Source of the DNA: Eubacteriales bacterium
GTDB lineage: Bacteria > Bacillota > Clostridia > Oscillospirales > CAG-272
Length of the DNA: 64,000 nucleotides
Assembly (NCBI GenBank): GCA_045542035.1
Contig: JAZQKG010000013.1
Location: 12,102-76,101 of the forward strand
Direction: 5' to 3'
The number at the start of each line of letters is the position of its first letter. The first letter of the stretch is position 1. Below are positions 36,294 to 44,413 of the stretch, one piece after another. The notes under the pieces are model-generated. The model saw only the letters and a list, made by a program, of their open reading frames with translations. It searched no databases and was not told the origin of the DNA. Made by a program: the position numbers and the translations under genes.

Positions 36294-37622
36294 GTGGCAG
36301 TATTGAAAGCTGTGATTATGGCAGGAGGTAAAGGAACCCGTATATCTTCCGTTGCAAGCGACATACCCAAGCCAATGATAAAAATTGATGGCATGCCTGT
36401 TCTTGAGCATGAAATCGGTTGTTTGAAAGATCAGGGATTTACAGATATTATCTTAACAGTCAGCCATTTCGGAAACATTATTATTGATTATTTTGGAGAT
36501 GGAAGCAGAGTTTCTCCCGTGACGGGAAAACCATTTGGCGTGTCAATAGAATACTTCTTTGAAGAAAAGCCACTTGGCAATGCAGGAGCGTTGTTTGCGT
36601 TGAAGGAGAAGCTAAAGGATGATTTTTTGCTGCTAAATGCTGATGCGATATTTGATGTTGATTTCAATCGCATAGTTGCGTTTCATAAAGAACATGGCGG
36701 TTTAGCAACTTTGTTCACACATCCCAATAATCACCCATATGATAGTGGATTGATTGTTGCTGATGATAAAGGCGCTGTGATGCATTGGCTTACAAAAGAG
36801 GATGATAGAACAGGATATTATCGCAACAGAGTTAATGCAGGACTTCACGTTATTTCGCCAAGATTACTGGATATTGACATCCAAACGGAGAAAGTTGATT
36901 TGGATCGACAGTTACTTAAACCTCTCGCTGGTACGGGCAAAATGTATGTGTATGACAGTCCGGAATATGTAAAAGATATGGGAACTCCGGAGCGCTATGA
37001 AATGGTATGCCGAGATTATCGTAGCGGAAAAGTCAAAGCTCGCAATTTAAAAAACAAGCAAAAAGCAATATTTCTTGATCGGGATGGTACGATAAATAAG
37101 CATATTGGCTTTTTGAGAAATATAAATGATTTTGAGTTGTTGCCCGGTGTAACCGATGCAATCGGAAGGATAAATCAATCCGAGTATTTGGCTATCGTTA
37201 TAACGAATCAACCCGTTATAGCTCGTGGTGAGATTAGCGTTCAGGAATTAGATCTGATTCACAACAAAATGGAAACACTTCTTGGGAATCATGGTGTTTA
37301 TTTGGATGCTATCTATTACTGTCCTCATCACCCACATAAAGGTTATGAGGGTGAGAGACCTGAATACAAAATAGATTGTGAATGCAGAAAACCAAAGCCC
37401 GGGATGTTGTTAAGAGCTGCAGAAGCTTTTAATATTGATTTAGGACAGTCATGGATGATTGGTGACGGAGAAAATGACATCTTAGCAGGAATTTCAGCAG
37501 GCTGTAAAACGGTTTTGATTTGCGATGAGATGGATACCGATTTTGGTCAAGATATATCTACGGATAGTTTGTACAATTCAATTACTGCGATTTTTGAAAA
37601 TGTAAAGAAGAAAGAGGCATGA
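36294..37622 (+). CDS. bifunctional heptose 1-phosphate nucleotidyltransferase / D,D-heptose 1,7-bisphosphate phosphatase (HddC-GmhB fusion)
   Basis: N-terminal NTP-transferase domain (VIMAGGKGTRISSVASDIPKPM). C-terminal HAD phosphatase with FLDRDGTIN, ITNQP, CPHHP..CECRKPKPGM and GDGENDILAG. The start is either GTG 36294 or the better-spaced TTG 36303. Confidence 0.8.
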   Translation: MAVLKAVIMAGGKGTRISSVASDIPKPMIKIDGMPVLEHEIGCLKDQGFTDIILTVSHFGNIIIDYFGDGSRVSPVTGKPFGVSIEYFFEEKPLGNAGALFALKEKLKDDFLLLNADAIFDVDFNRIVAFHKEHGGLATLFTHPNNHPYDSGLIVADDKGAVMHWLTKEDDRTGYYRNRVNAGLHVISPRLLDIDIQTEKVDLDRQLLKPLAGTGKMYVYDSPEYVKDMGTPERYEMVCRDYRSGKVKARNLKNKQKAIFLDRDGTINKHIGFLRNINDFELLPGVTDAIGRINQSEYLAIVITNQPVIARGEISVQELDLIHNKMETLLGNHGVYLDAIYYCPHHPHKGYEGERPEYKIDCECRKPKPGMLLRAAEAFNIDLGQSWMIGDGENDILAGISAGCKTVLICDEMDTDFGQDISTDSLYNSITAIFENVKKKEA

Positions 37623-37623
37623 A

Positions 37624-38274
37624 ATGTCAAATTTAGAACAACGACTAATGAAACATATAGATTTATTAATAGAAAGATATCCTCGACTGGATATTTGTAA
37701 AAATGAGATTGTCAACGCTTATTTAGTTATGGAACACTGTTATAAATCTGGAGGCAAATTACTGATTGCCGGAAATGGCGGTTCTGCCGCAGATGCAGAG
37801 CACATGGTAGGCGAACTGATGAAGGGCTTTGTGTTTCAGAGAAAACTGGACAGCGAGTACCAAAATAAGCTTAAAGCGGTTAATAAAGAGCTTGGTGAAA
37901 CTCTATCTGAAAATCTTCAAGGTGCTATGCCTGCAATTGCTTTAACTGGTCATTTTGCTTTATCAACAGCATATATGAATGACTGTGAACCTACCCTTGG
38001 TTTTGCTCAACAAGTTAATGGTTTTGGAAACGAAAATGATGTCTTCATTGGAATTTCTACGTCTGGAAACAGCTTGAATGTTGTGTATGCGGCTGTTGTA
38101 GCAAAGGCAAAAGGAATGAAGGTTATTGGATTAACCGGAAGTAAGGATAGTAAATTATCTGAATTTGCTGATGTTTGCGTTAAGGTTCCCAATACAGAAA
38201 CCTATATAGTACAAGAATATCATTTACCGATATATCATTGCTTATGCTTGATGATTGAAGATAAGTTTTTTTGA
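37624..38274 (+). CDS. gmhA: phosphoheptose (sedoheptulose-7-phosphate) isomerase
   Basis: 216 aa SIS domain. Motifs GNGGSAADAEH and GISTSGNS. Confidence 0.85.
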   Translation: MSNLEQRLMKHIDLLIERYPRLDICKNEIVNAYLVMEHCYKSGGKLLIAGNGGSAADAEHMVGELMKGFVFQRKLDSEYQNKLKAVNKELGETLSENLQGAMPAIALTGHFALSTAYMNDCEPTLGFAQQVNGFGNENDVFIGISTSGNSLNVVYAAVVAKAKGMKVIGLTGSKDSKLSEFADVCVKVPNTETYIVQEYHLPIYHCLCLMIEDKFF

Positions 38275-38294
38275 AATACAGAGGATGTTAAGAT

Positions 38295-39533
38295 ATGAAA
38301 ATTGCAGTCGCAGGAACCGGCTATGTCGGTTTATCAATATCGGTTCTTTTGGCACAACATAATAAAGTAACAGCCGTTGACATTATTCCTGAAAAGGTGG
38401 AAATGATCAACAACAAAAAGTCTCCTATACAGGACGATTACATAGAGAAGTATCTTGCTGAAAAGGAGCTTGATCTGACAGCAACTCTTGATGCGGAAGC
38501 GGCATATAAGGATGCAGATTTTGTGGTAATCGCCGCACCAACTAATTATGATAGCCAAAAGAATTTCTTTGACACATCCGCTGTAGAAGCGGTTATTCAG
38601 CTTGTAATTAAATATAATCCTGATGCAATAATGGTCATCAAGTCCACTATCCCTGTTGGGTTTACGGCGATGGTTCGGGAGAAGTATCATTGTGATAATA
38701 TCATTTTCAGTCCGGAGTTTCTTCGTGAATCTAAGGCGCTTTATGATAATCTCTATCCGAGTAGAATTATTGTCGGAACAGATGTTGAAAATACTCGTCT
38801 TGTAAAGGCAGCAAACACATTTGCAAAACTTCTTCAAGAAGGTGCTATCAAAGAAAACATTGATACTCTCATCATGGGACACACAGAAGCGGAGGCAGTC
38901 AAGCTGTTTGCCAATACATACCTTGCGCTCCGTGTATCTTACTTTAACGAGCTTGATACCTATGCGGAGATGAAAGGACTTGACACACAGCAGATCATCA
39001 ACGGCGTGTGCCTTGATCCGAGAATCGGTACGCATTACAATAATCCTTCTTTTGGATATGGTGGATATTGCCTGCCTAAAGACACTAAACAACTTCTTGC
39101 CAATTATGAAGATGTTCCGCAGAATATGATGACTGCAATCGTGGAATCCAATAGAACCCGTAAGGATTTTATTGCTGATCGTGTCCTTCGCATGGCTGGG
39201 TACTACGGTTATGAAGAAAATAACGAATATATCAAATCGAAAGAAATCCCTGCAGTGATAGGTGTTTATCGTCTTACCATGAAAGCAGGTTCAGACAATT
39301 TCCGTCAGTCGTCCATTCAAGGAGTTATGAAACGCATCAAAGCAAAGGGCGCAAAGGTTGTCATCTATGAACCAACTCTTACAGATGGCGAAACTTTTTT
39401 TGGTAGTGAGATCGTGAACGATCTTGTGAAGTTCAAAGAAATGTGTAATGCTATTATTGCCAATAGGTATGATGCATGTCTTGATGATGTATCGGACAAG
39501 GTATATACGAGAGACATATTCAGACGAGATTAA
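38295..39533 (+). CDS. ugd: UDP-glucose 6-dehydrogenase
   Basis: 412 aa. Rossmann [12 protein letters not shown] and the catalytic Cys context [10 protein letters not shown]. Confidence 0.9.
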   Translation: MKIAVAGTGYVGLSISVLLAQHNKVTAVDIIPEKVEMINNKKSPIQDDYIEKYLAEKELDLTATLDAEAAYKDADFVVIAAPTNYDSQKNFFDTSAVEAVIQLVIKYNPDAIMVIKSTIPVGFTAMVREKYHCDNIIFSPEFLRESKALYDNLYPSRIIVGTDVENTRLVKAANTFAKLLQEGAIKENIDTLIMGHTEAEAVKLFANTYLALRVSYFNELDTYAEMKGLDTQQIINGVCLDPRIGTHYNNPSFGYGGYCLPKDTKQLLANYEDVPQNMMTAIVESNRTRKDFIADRVLRMAGYYGYEENNEYIKSKEIPAVIGVYRLTMKAGSDNFRQSSIQGVMKRIKAKGAKVVIYEPTLTDGETFFGSEIVNDLVKFKEMCNAIIANRYDACLDDVSDKVYTRDIFRRD

Positions 39534-39717
39534 CATAGCAAAAGCGGAATTGTTACTTATTAGAGTAGCTAAAAGATTTGCTAAGTTTATCAACAAAACA
39601 CGATGTGATTCATATTTTGATACATAAAGAAAGATTGCGACACAGCTTCTGTTCCGAGAGAGACCTTGCAAATTTGCGGAGCACTATGACGTATTTTATA
39701 AGAAATAATAATTTATC

Positions 39718-40593
39718 ATGAAAATATTTGCAGCGACTTTTAATACACTTACACAAACAGAAAAATTCCTCGGAATGGGCGAAAGCGTATGGCAGGGAAT
39801 AAGCGCCTTTATATCTACCATTCTGGTTGCGGTGACTGTCGGTTACATCACAACTCACCTACTCTCAAAGCAGGAGGCGCTGAATAACGAGGAGGGGAAG
39901 CTCCTTAAGGCTCGGACTGATGCTTATCTTGGGATTCTTGATTCGATGGCGCGAATGGAAGAGCGCAAGGTTATTATGGATCCTGATTTTGAAATCAGAA
40001 ATTCTATTCAGGAAAACGGGATACTGATGCTGCGCGACCGCCCTGCAGTCGAGTACCCTCCGTATATGGAGAGCTATGATAAGTTCTTTGACCTTTTTCG
40101 AAATATGGTTTCTTTCTATGAGGAAAAGCTTTATCTGACCAGTCCAAGAACCTACAAGGAATTTATGTATGCTTACTGTTATTTTACACGGATACATACT
40201 TATTACTTTTATCTTCAGACTTTGACTCTTCCAAACGGAGACGTGATTGATGAAGATAAGGCGAAGGAAATTATTGCGGATTTTTATCCGAAGCTTGGAA
40301 TGATTATCGATTTTGATTTGGTCGTTATGCAGGCGAATTTTGAAAAGGCGCTTGTTTCCGAGCTGTACCGTCCTAAATTCTGTAAAAAGCCTCCGTTCAA
40401 AAATGATGCCAAGATAACGGAATTCTTTCTTTTGAGACTTGCGAGTACCTGCCTCGGTATCAACGAATATGGGATACTGAATCTTTTGAAAGAAATTACA
40501 GCGGAAAAAATGGGTTTTGATGAGAGCGATTTGGACAGAGTGTTTGTGCCGAGCGACCTTATAGTACAGCTGCCGCATGATTTTGAGGTGTAA
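39718..40593 (+). CDS. membrane-anchored alpha-helical protein of unknown function (paralog A)
   Basis: 291 aa. One TM helix (ISAFISTILVAVTVGYITTHLL) after about 25 residues, then a helical soluble domain. No SD before ATG 39718. No recognisable catalytic motif. Confidence 0.6.
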   Translation: MKIFAATFNTLTQTEKFLGMGESVWQGISAFISTILVAVTVGYITTHLLSKQEALNNEEGKLLKARTDAYLGILDSMARMEERKVIMDPDFEIRNSIQENGILMLRDRPAVEYPPYMESYDKFFDLFRNMVSFYEEKLYLTSPRTYKEFMYAYCYFTRIHTYYFYLQTLTLPNGDVIDEDKAKEIIADFYPKLGMIIDFDLVVMQANFEKALVSELYRPKFCKKPPFKNDAKITEFFLLRLASTCLGINEYGILNLLKEITAEKMGFDESDLDRVFVPSDLIVQLPHDFEV

Positions 40594-40596
40594 GGT

Positions 40597-41469
40597 ATGG
40601 ATGTATATGTTTTATTGAAGTTTCATACGCTGCAGCTTACATCAGTGCTCCCGAATTTTATTGTGGGAAGTATAGTTGAAATCGTGTGCACAATAGCGGC
40701 ATCGATTCTGGTCGCGGTTTTTACTACAGTGGTTCTTGACAGAAGAAAAAATATAAATGCCGTAATGGCTCAGGTGATGAATCTGAGACTCAAACAATAC
40801 GGCGAAATCAGGATGTTCATAAAAAATGCGGAGAACACAAAATCCTATGCTCAGGATGCTGAAAATATCTTTAATCTTCTTGAGTGCTGTTCATTGAAAA
40901 TAGAGAATGATGTTTATTTTGAGTCAAGCGACGCTGTGTCCTCATTAGAGGCTATTGACACGCAGCTTACTGAGCTTGAAAATCTTACGGCAAACGGTCT
41001 TTATATTCTTGATGACGATACCTTAGGTCAACTTCTTACGGTGAAAATTTACGTCAAAAATCTTAGAATGTACGCTGACCTTTTAGATGGGTATATAAGA
41101 AGTATATCAAAGGAAAAAGTCATCTCGGAAAAAGAGCTTAAAGAAACGTTGGATATATTTTATACCTATCTTTCAGTGTTTACTTATAACGATTATCAAA
41201 AATTGATTTCCGAGCTTTTAAAATTGGTGGAAGCTAAGTCTTCGAAACCGCGATTTGAGAGGAAAGAAAAGAATTATAGGAAAATCCGTACCAGACAGAG
41301 AATTCAGGATGAAGTTTTTGAAAATACATGGCTAAGTAATAATTTTCCTAATCTTGTGCATGCGTTAATTTTGATATATATTGATCATGGGTCAATACCG
41401 GACGATGAATGCGAAGAATTCGCTAAAGGAATGTTTAAGTACACTCTTAAAATTCTTAACAGAGATTAA
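40597..41469 (+). CDS. membrane-anchored alpha-helical protein of unknown function (paralog B)
   Basis: 290 aa. Begins 3 nt after paralog A. N-terminal hydrophobic stretch (FIVGSIVEIVCTIAASILVAVFTTVVL) followed by DRRKN. Shares short collinear motifs with paralog A. Confidence 0.65.
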   Translation: MDVYVLLKFHTLQLTSVLPNFIVGSIVEIVCTIAASILVAVFTTVVLDRRKNINAVMAQVMNLRLKQYGEIRMFIKNAENTKSYAQDAENIFNLLECCSLKIENDVYFESSDAVSSLEAIDTQLTELENLTANGLYILDDDTLGQLLTVKIYVKNLRMYADLLDGYIRSISKEKVISEKELKETLDIFYTYLSVFTYNDYQKLISELLKLVEAKSSKPRFERKEKNYRKIRTRQRIQDEVFENTWLSNNFPNLVHALILIYIDHGSIPDDECEEFAKGMFKYTLKILNRD

Positions 41470-41476
41470 CATTATC

Positions 41477-41512
41477 AAAAACCCCGGGCGTTAGTTCGCT
41501 CGGGATTTTTTT
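41477..41512. terminator. bidirectional rho-independent terminator
   Basis: AAAAA-CCCGGGCG-ttagtt-CGCTCGGG-ATTTTTTT, with an 8-bp stem containing one G-U pair. Serves the convergent genes on both sides. Confidence 0.75.
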
Positions 41513-41676
41513 CTGCTCTCTTCCGCTGCGCACAGCTCGCCCGCGAGAACGAGAAGCGATTCTATTCTCGATGAGATCTCTTCGGCAGAAAGCCATGCAT
41601 TTTCTATACAGCGGTAGCCTTCTTCTGCCGCGCTTATTTTTGTGTTAAGTATTTGAAGCTCTGAGTTTATATACAT
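41491..41676 (-). CDS. small hypothetical protein (61 aa)
   Basis: ORF 41491..41685 starts on GTG. ATG 41676 (MYINSELQ) follows SD AAAGAAAGG. The 3' end runs into the terminator hairpin. No family recognised. Confidence 0.4.
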   Translation of the reverse strand: MYINSELQILNTKISAAEEGYRCIENAWLSAEEISSRIESLLVLAGELCAAEESRKKSRAN

Positions 41677-41747
41677 AATATTCACCTTTCTTTTTAATTA
41701 CATATATAATATATCATATGAAATGTACTATAAAATCTACTTATAAA

Positions 41748-41762
41748 TTAGAATGATTCTAA
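41748..41762. promoter_or_regulatory. Fur/PerR-type 7-1-7 inverted repeat TTAGAATgATTCTAA
   Basis: Perfect 7-1-7 palindrome with the same architecture as the Bacillus Per box TTATAATnATTATAA. Further ATTCTAA/ATTCTCG half-sites lie at 41776..41782 and 41786..41792. Confidence 0.55.
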
Positions 41763-41799
41763 AAATATTAAAATAATTCTAAAAAATTCTCGAAATCTA

Positions 41800-41828
41800 T
41801 TGACAAACCAAAAAACATCGTGTATAAT
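41800..41828 (+). promoter_or_regulatory. consensus sigma-70 promoter of perR (TTGACA-17-TATAAT)
   Basis: TTGACA 41800..41805, 17-nt spacer, TATAAT 41823..41828. Confidence 0.7.
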
Positions 41829-41869
41829 ATACTCGTGAGCGGAGTTAATGAGCCGTTCATACGGAGGTT

Positions 41870-42244
41870 ATGATGACAAAACAAAGAGCTATAATACTTG
41901 AGGTATTGCGCTCGGATAAGTGCCATCACACAGCCGATGAATTATTTCAGCTTGCAAAAGAAAAAATGCCATCTATATCTCGGGCAACCGTGTATAACAA
42001 TCTTCATGCGCTTGAAGAGGAGCAGATCATCAGGAAAATAAGCGGTGACGGCGGACCTGACAGGTATGACAACTCGTTTATACCTCATGGCCATCTTGTA
42101 TGCACTGTTTGCGGAGACGTCTCAGACGTGGATTTGCCGGGAATAGAAGCTATTCTTTTGGAATCTGTCGGTTCGGACGTTGATTCTTTTGAAATCAAGG
42201 TTCGTGGACGTTGCGCAAGGTGTAAATTTGCTGTATGTGAATAG
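41870..42244 (+). CDS. perR: Fur family transcriptional regulator, PerR-like
   Basis: 124 aa. Winged helix ISRATVYNNLHAL, HGH, and CxxC pairs CTVCGD and CARC. Adjacent to rubrerythrin. The second ATG (41873) has better SD spacing. Confidence 0.8.
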   Translation: MMTKQRAIILEVLRSDKCHHTADELFQLAKEKMPSISRATVYNNLHALEEEQIIRKISGDGGPDRYDNSFIPHGHLVCTVCGDVSDVDLPGIEAILLESVGSDVDSFEIKVRGRCARCKFAVCE

Positions 42245-42309
42245 AACGGCTATCCGAGGATAATAATTGACTTAAAAACAAAATATATATTTTCAAGGAG
42301 AATTTTAAA

Positions 42310-42843
42310 ATGGATCTTAAGGGAACAAAAACAGAACAGAATCTTATGACTGCTTTCGCAGGCGAATCTCAGGCGAGAAATAAGTACACATACTTTGCAT
42401 CTGTTGCAAAGAAGGAAGGCTATGAGCAGATAGCTGCAATCTTCCAGCAGACTGCTGACAACGAAAAGGAGCACGCTAAGCTTTGGTTCAAGGCTCTTGG
42501 CGGACTTGGCGACACTGCCGGCAACCTTCTTGCAGCTGCAGAGGGCGAAAACTATGAGTGGACCGATATGTATGATAAATTTGCAAAAGAGGCAGAGGAA
42601 GAAGGCTTCAAGGCTCTTGCGTTCCAGTTCAGAGCTGTTGCTGCTATCGAGAAGGCTCATGAGGAAAGATATCGCAAGCTCCTTTCTAACGTAGAAATGC
42701 AGAAGGTATTTGAAAAGGCAGAAATGACAATGTGGGAATGCCGCAACTGCGGACATCTCGTAATGGGCAATAAGGCTCCCGCTGTATGTCCTGTATGCGC
42801 TCATCCACAGAGCTTCTTCGAAGTAAGAAAAGAAAACTACTAA
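42310..42843 (+). CDS. rbr: rubrerythrin
   Basis: 177 aa. Diiron four-helix bundle with ExxH motifs ([15 protein letters not shown]) and a C-terminal rubredoxin CRNCG...CPVCAHP. Confidence 0.9.
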   Translation: MDLKGTKTEQNLMTAFAGESQARNKYTYFASVAKKEGYEQIAAIFQQTADNEKEHAKLWFKALGGLGDTAGNLLAAAEGENYEWTDMYDKFAKEAEEEGFKALAFQFRAVAAIEKAHEERYRKLLSNVEMQKVFEKAEMTMWECRNCGHLVMGNKAPAVCPVCAHPQSFFEVRKENY

Positions 42844-42857
42844 TAAAATATTTAAAA

Positions 42858-42882
42858 AGAACGGCGCGAGCCGTTCTTTTTT
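42858..42882 (+). terminator. rho-independent terminator after rbr
   Basis: AGAACGGC-gcga-GCCGTTCT followed by TTTTT. Confidence 0.85.
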
Positions 42883-42938
42883 GCTTGAAATAATAATCTT
42901 TATATGTTATACTAATATCAAAAGAAGGAGGTGTGCCT

Positions 42939-43853
42939 ATGATATCTTTTAAAATAATAAACGAGGATAACAGGGAAGAGGTTATAAGAGAGCTGTCTTC
43001 AAATCTCTCCAATGAGGAAGCCGAAACGCTTAATGAAATAATTTCAGGTCTCGAGCTTGATGAAGATAACGATATTGAATTTGGAGTCTGTCTTTTTTCG
43101 GGATGCGTTATTATAAGAATCTTTGATACGGGCAGATATCTTTTTATTTTCCCGTACGGTATCAGCGAGGTCGCTGACGTGCGTGGGGCAATAGACGCTG
43201 TCGGAAAATACGCGATGCGTGAGGAGATTTCTTTGACCTTAACGGACGTTCCATGTGAATGTCTGCCTCTTTTCTCGGGTTATAGACATATGGATATTGA
43301 TGCAGAGGATGAGGATGGAGAGTGCTATCGCGTAAGAATAAAAAAAGAGTCAGACTTGATTGACGAAATACCCGAGGTGGAGCTCGGGCGTGTTAAATTA
43401 AACGCTCTCGAGGAAGCTGATATAGCCGACTACGCATCTCTTTGTAAAGATAAAAATGTAAACAAATATTGGGGTTATGATTATTCCGAGGATGTTAGTG
43501 AGCCGTCTGACAGATATTTTTATGAAAATGCGCATCTTGAGTTTGCGGCGGGCGCGAGCGTAAGCTTTGCAATAAGATATGGAGACTGCTTTGTCGGCGA
43601 GGCTGTCATTTATGCCTTTGACGGAAAGGGGAGCGCTGAATTTGCAATACGCCTTTTGCCAAAGCATCAGGGAATGGGACTTGGCACAGAGGGGGTAAGA
43701 GCGATTTGCAGTGCCGCGCGGGAGATAGGACTTATTAAGCTTTATTCGAAGATTATGAAGGCTAACCGTCCGTCTCTCAAAATGCTCAAAAAGGTGTCGG
43801 ATGAATGTATCGAAAGCGACAGTTTCGTCACTTTTACAATTTATTTAAATTAA
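42939..43853 (+). CDS. two-domain protein with C-terminal GNAT (RimJ/RimL-like) N-acetyltransferase domain
   Basis: ORF 42933..43853 starts on GTG. ATG 42939 lies 7 nt after AAGGAGG. C-terminal GNAT motif A is LPKHQGMGLGTEGVRAI. The N-terminal ~150 aa are unassigned. Confidence 0.7.
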   Translation: MISFKIINEDNREEVIRELSSNLSNEEAETLNEIISGLELDEDNDIEFGVCLFSGCVIIRIFDTGRYLFIFPYGISEVADVRGAIDAVGKYAMREEISLTLTDVPCECLPLFSGYRHMDIDAEDEDGECYRVRIKKESDLIDEIPEVELGRVKLNALEEADIADYASLCKDKNVNKYWGYDYSEDVSEPSDRYFYENAHLEFAAGASVSFAIRYGDCFVGEAVIYAFDGKGSAEFAIRLLPKHQGMGLGTEGVRAICSAAREIGLIKLYSKIMKANRPSLKMLKKVSDECIESDSFVTFTIYLN

Positions 43854-43956
43854 ATTATAAAAAAGTATTGCTTTTTTTGAAATAATGTGATAGAATACTA
43901 TTATAAATTATGATGCGTTACTATGCATTGCATTAATTATACGGAGGATTTTGAAA

Positions 43957-44265
43957 ATGATAGGTGAATATATACTTCTCATACTTCTCCTTGCATGCGC
44001 TGTTTTTATCGTAGTTTCGGTTACTATTCAGAAGTCAAGCGATGACGGACTTTCCGGAACAATCGCAGGCGGATCTGAAACCTATTATGGTAAGGACAAG
44101 TCGATGAAAAAGGGCAGACTTCTCAGCAAGTGGACTCTTATCATAGTTGCTGTATTTGCTGTAGCTGTAGTGGTTGCGTACGTTATGCAGCCTGATTATA
44201 CACAGAGCTACAACAACCTTGATTACTGGCAGAAGATATCCGAGTATTCTTCCATTTTCTCATAA
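43957..44265 (+). CDS. secG: preprotein translocase subunit SecG
   Basis: GGAGG lies 9 nt before ATG 43957. 102 aa with two TM helices flanking the Gly-rich GLSGTIAGGSE. secG-rnr synteny is typical of Firmicutes. Confidence 0.8.
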   Translation: MIGEYILLILLLACAVFIVVSVTIQKSSDDGLSGTIAGGSETYYGKDKSMKKGRLLSKWTLIIVAVFAVAVVVAYVMQPDYTQSYNNLDYWQKISEYSSIFS

Positions 44266-44296
44266 TCGGAATTTGTAAAGAATTCAGAAGAAACGT

Positions 44297-44356
44297 AGGG
44301 GCGTACCTACGTGCGCCGTATGGCTCACGCAGATGCGCCCCTTAGTTTTGCTTTTT
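44297..44356 (+). terminator. compound hairpin terminator after secG
   Basis: Outer stem AGGGGCGT/GCGCCCCT encloses an inner hairpin GTGCGCC/GGCTCAC. Followed by TAGTTTTGCTTTTT. Confidence 0.6.
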
Positions 44357-44413
44357 GAATAGAGAATAAATAAATGCAAAAGCTATAGTGAATTCATTTG
44401 AAGGAAATCAAAA

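Noticed and set aside
38334-40578. Minus-strand ORFs of 252 aa (inside ugd) and 237 aa (inside paralog A)
   Set aside because: They are antisense to better-supported + strand genes. The products are basic with biased composition (many R, K, I, F, C) and no motifs. Neither has an SD.
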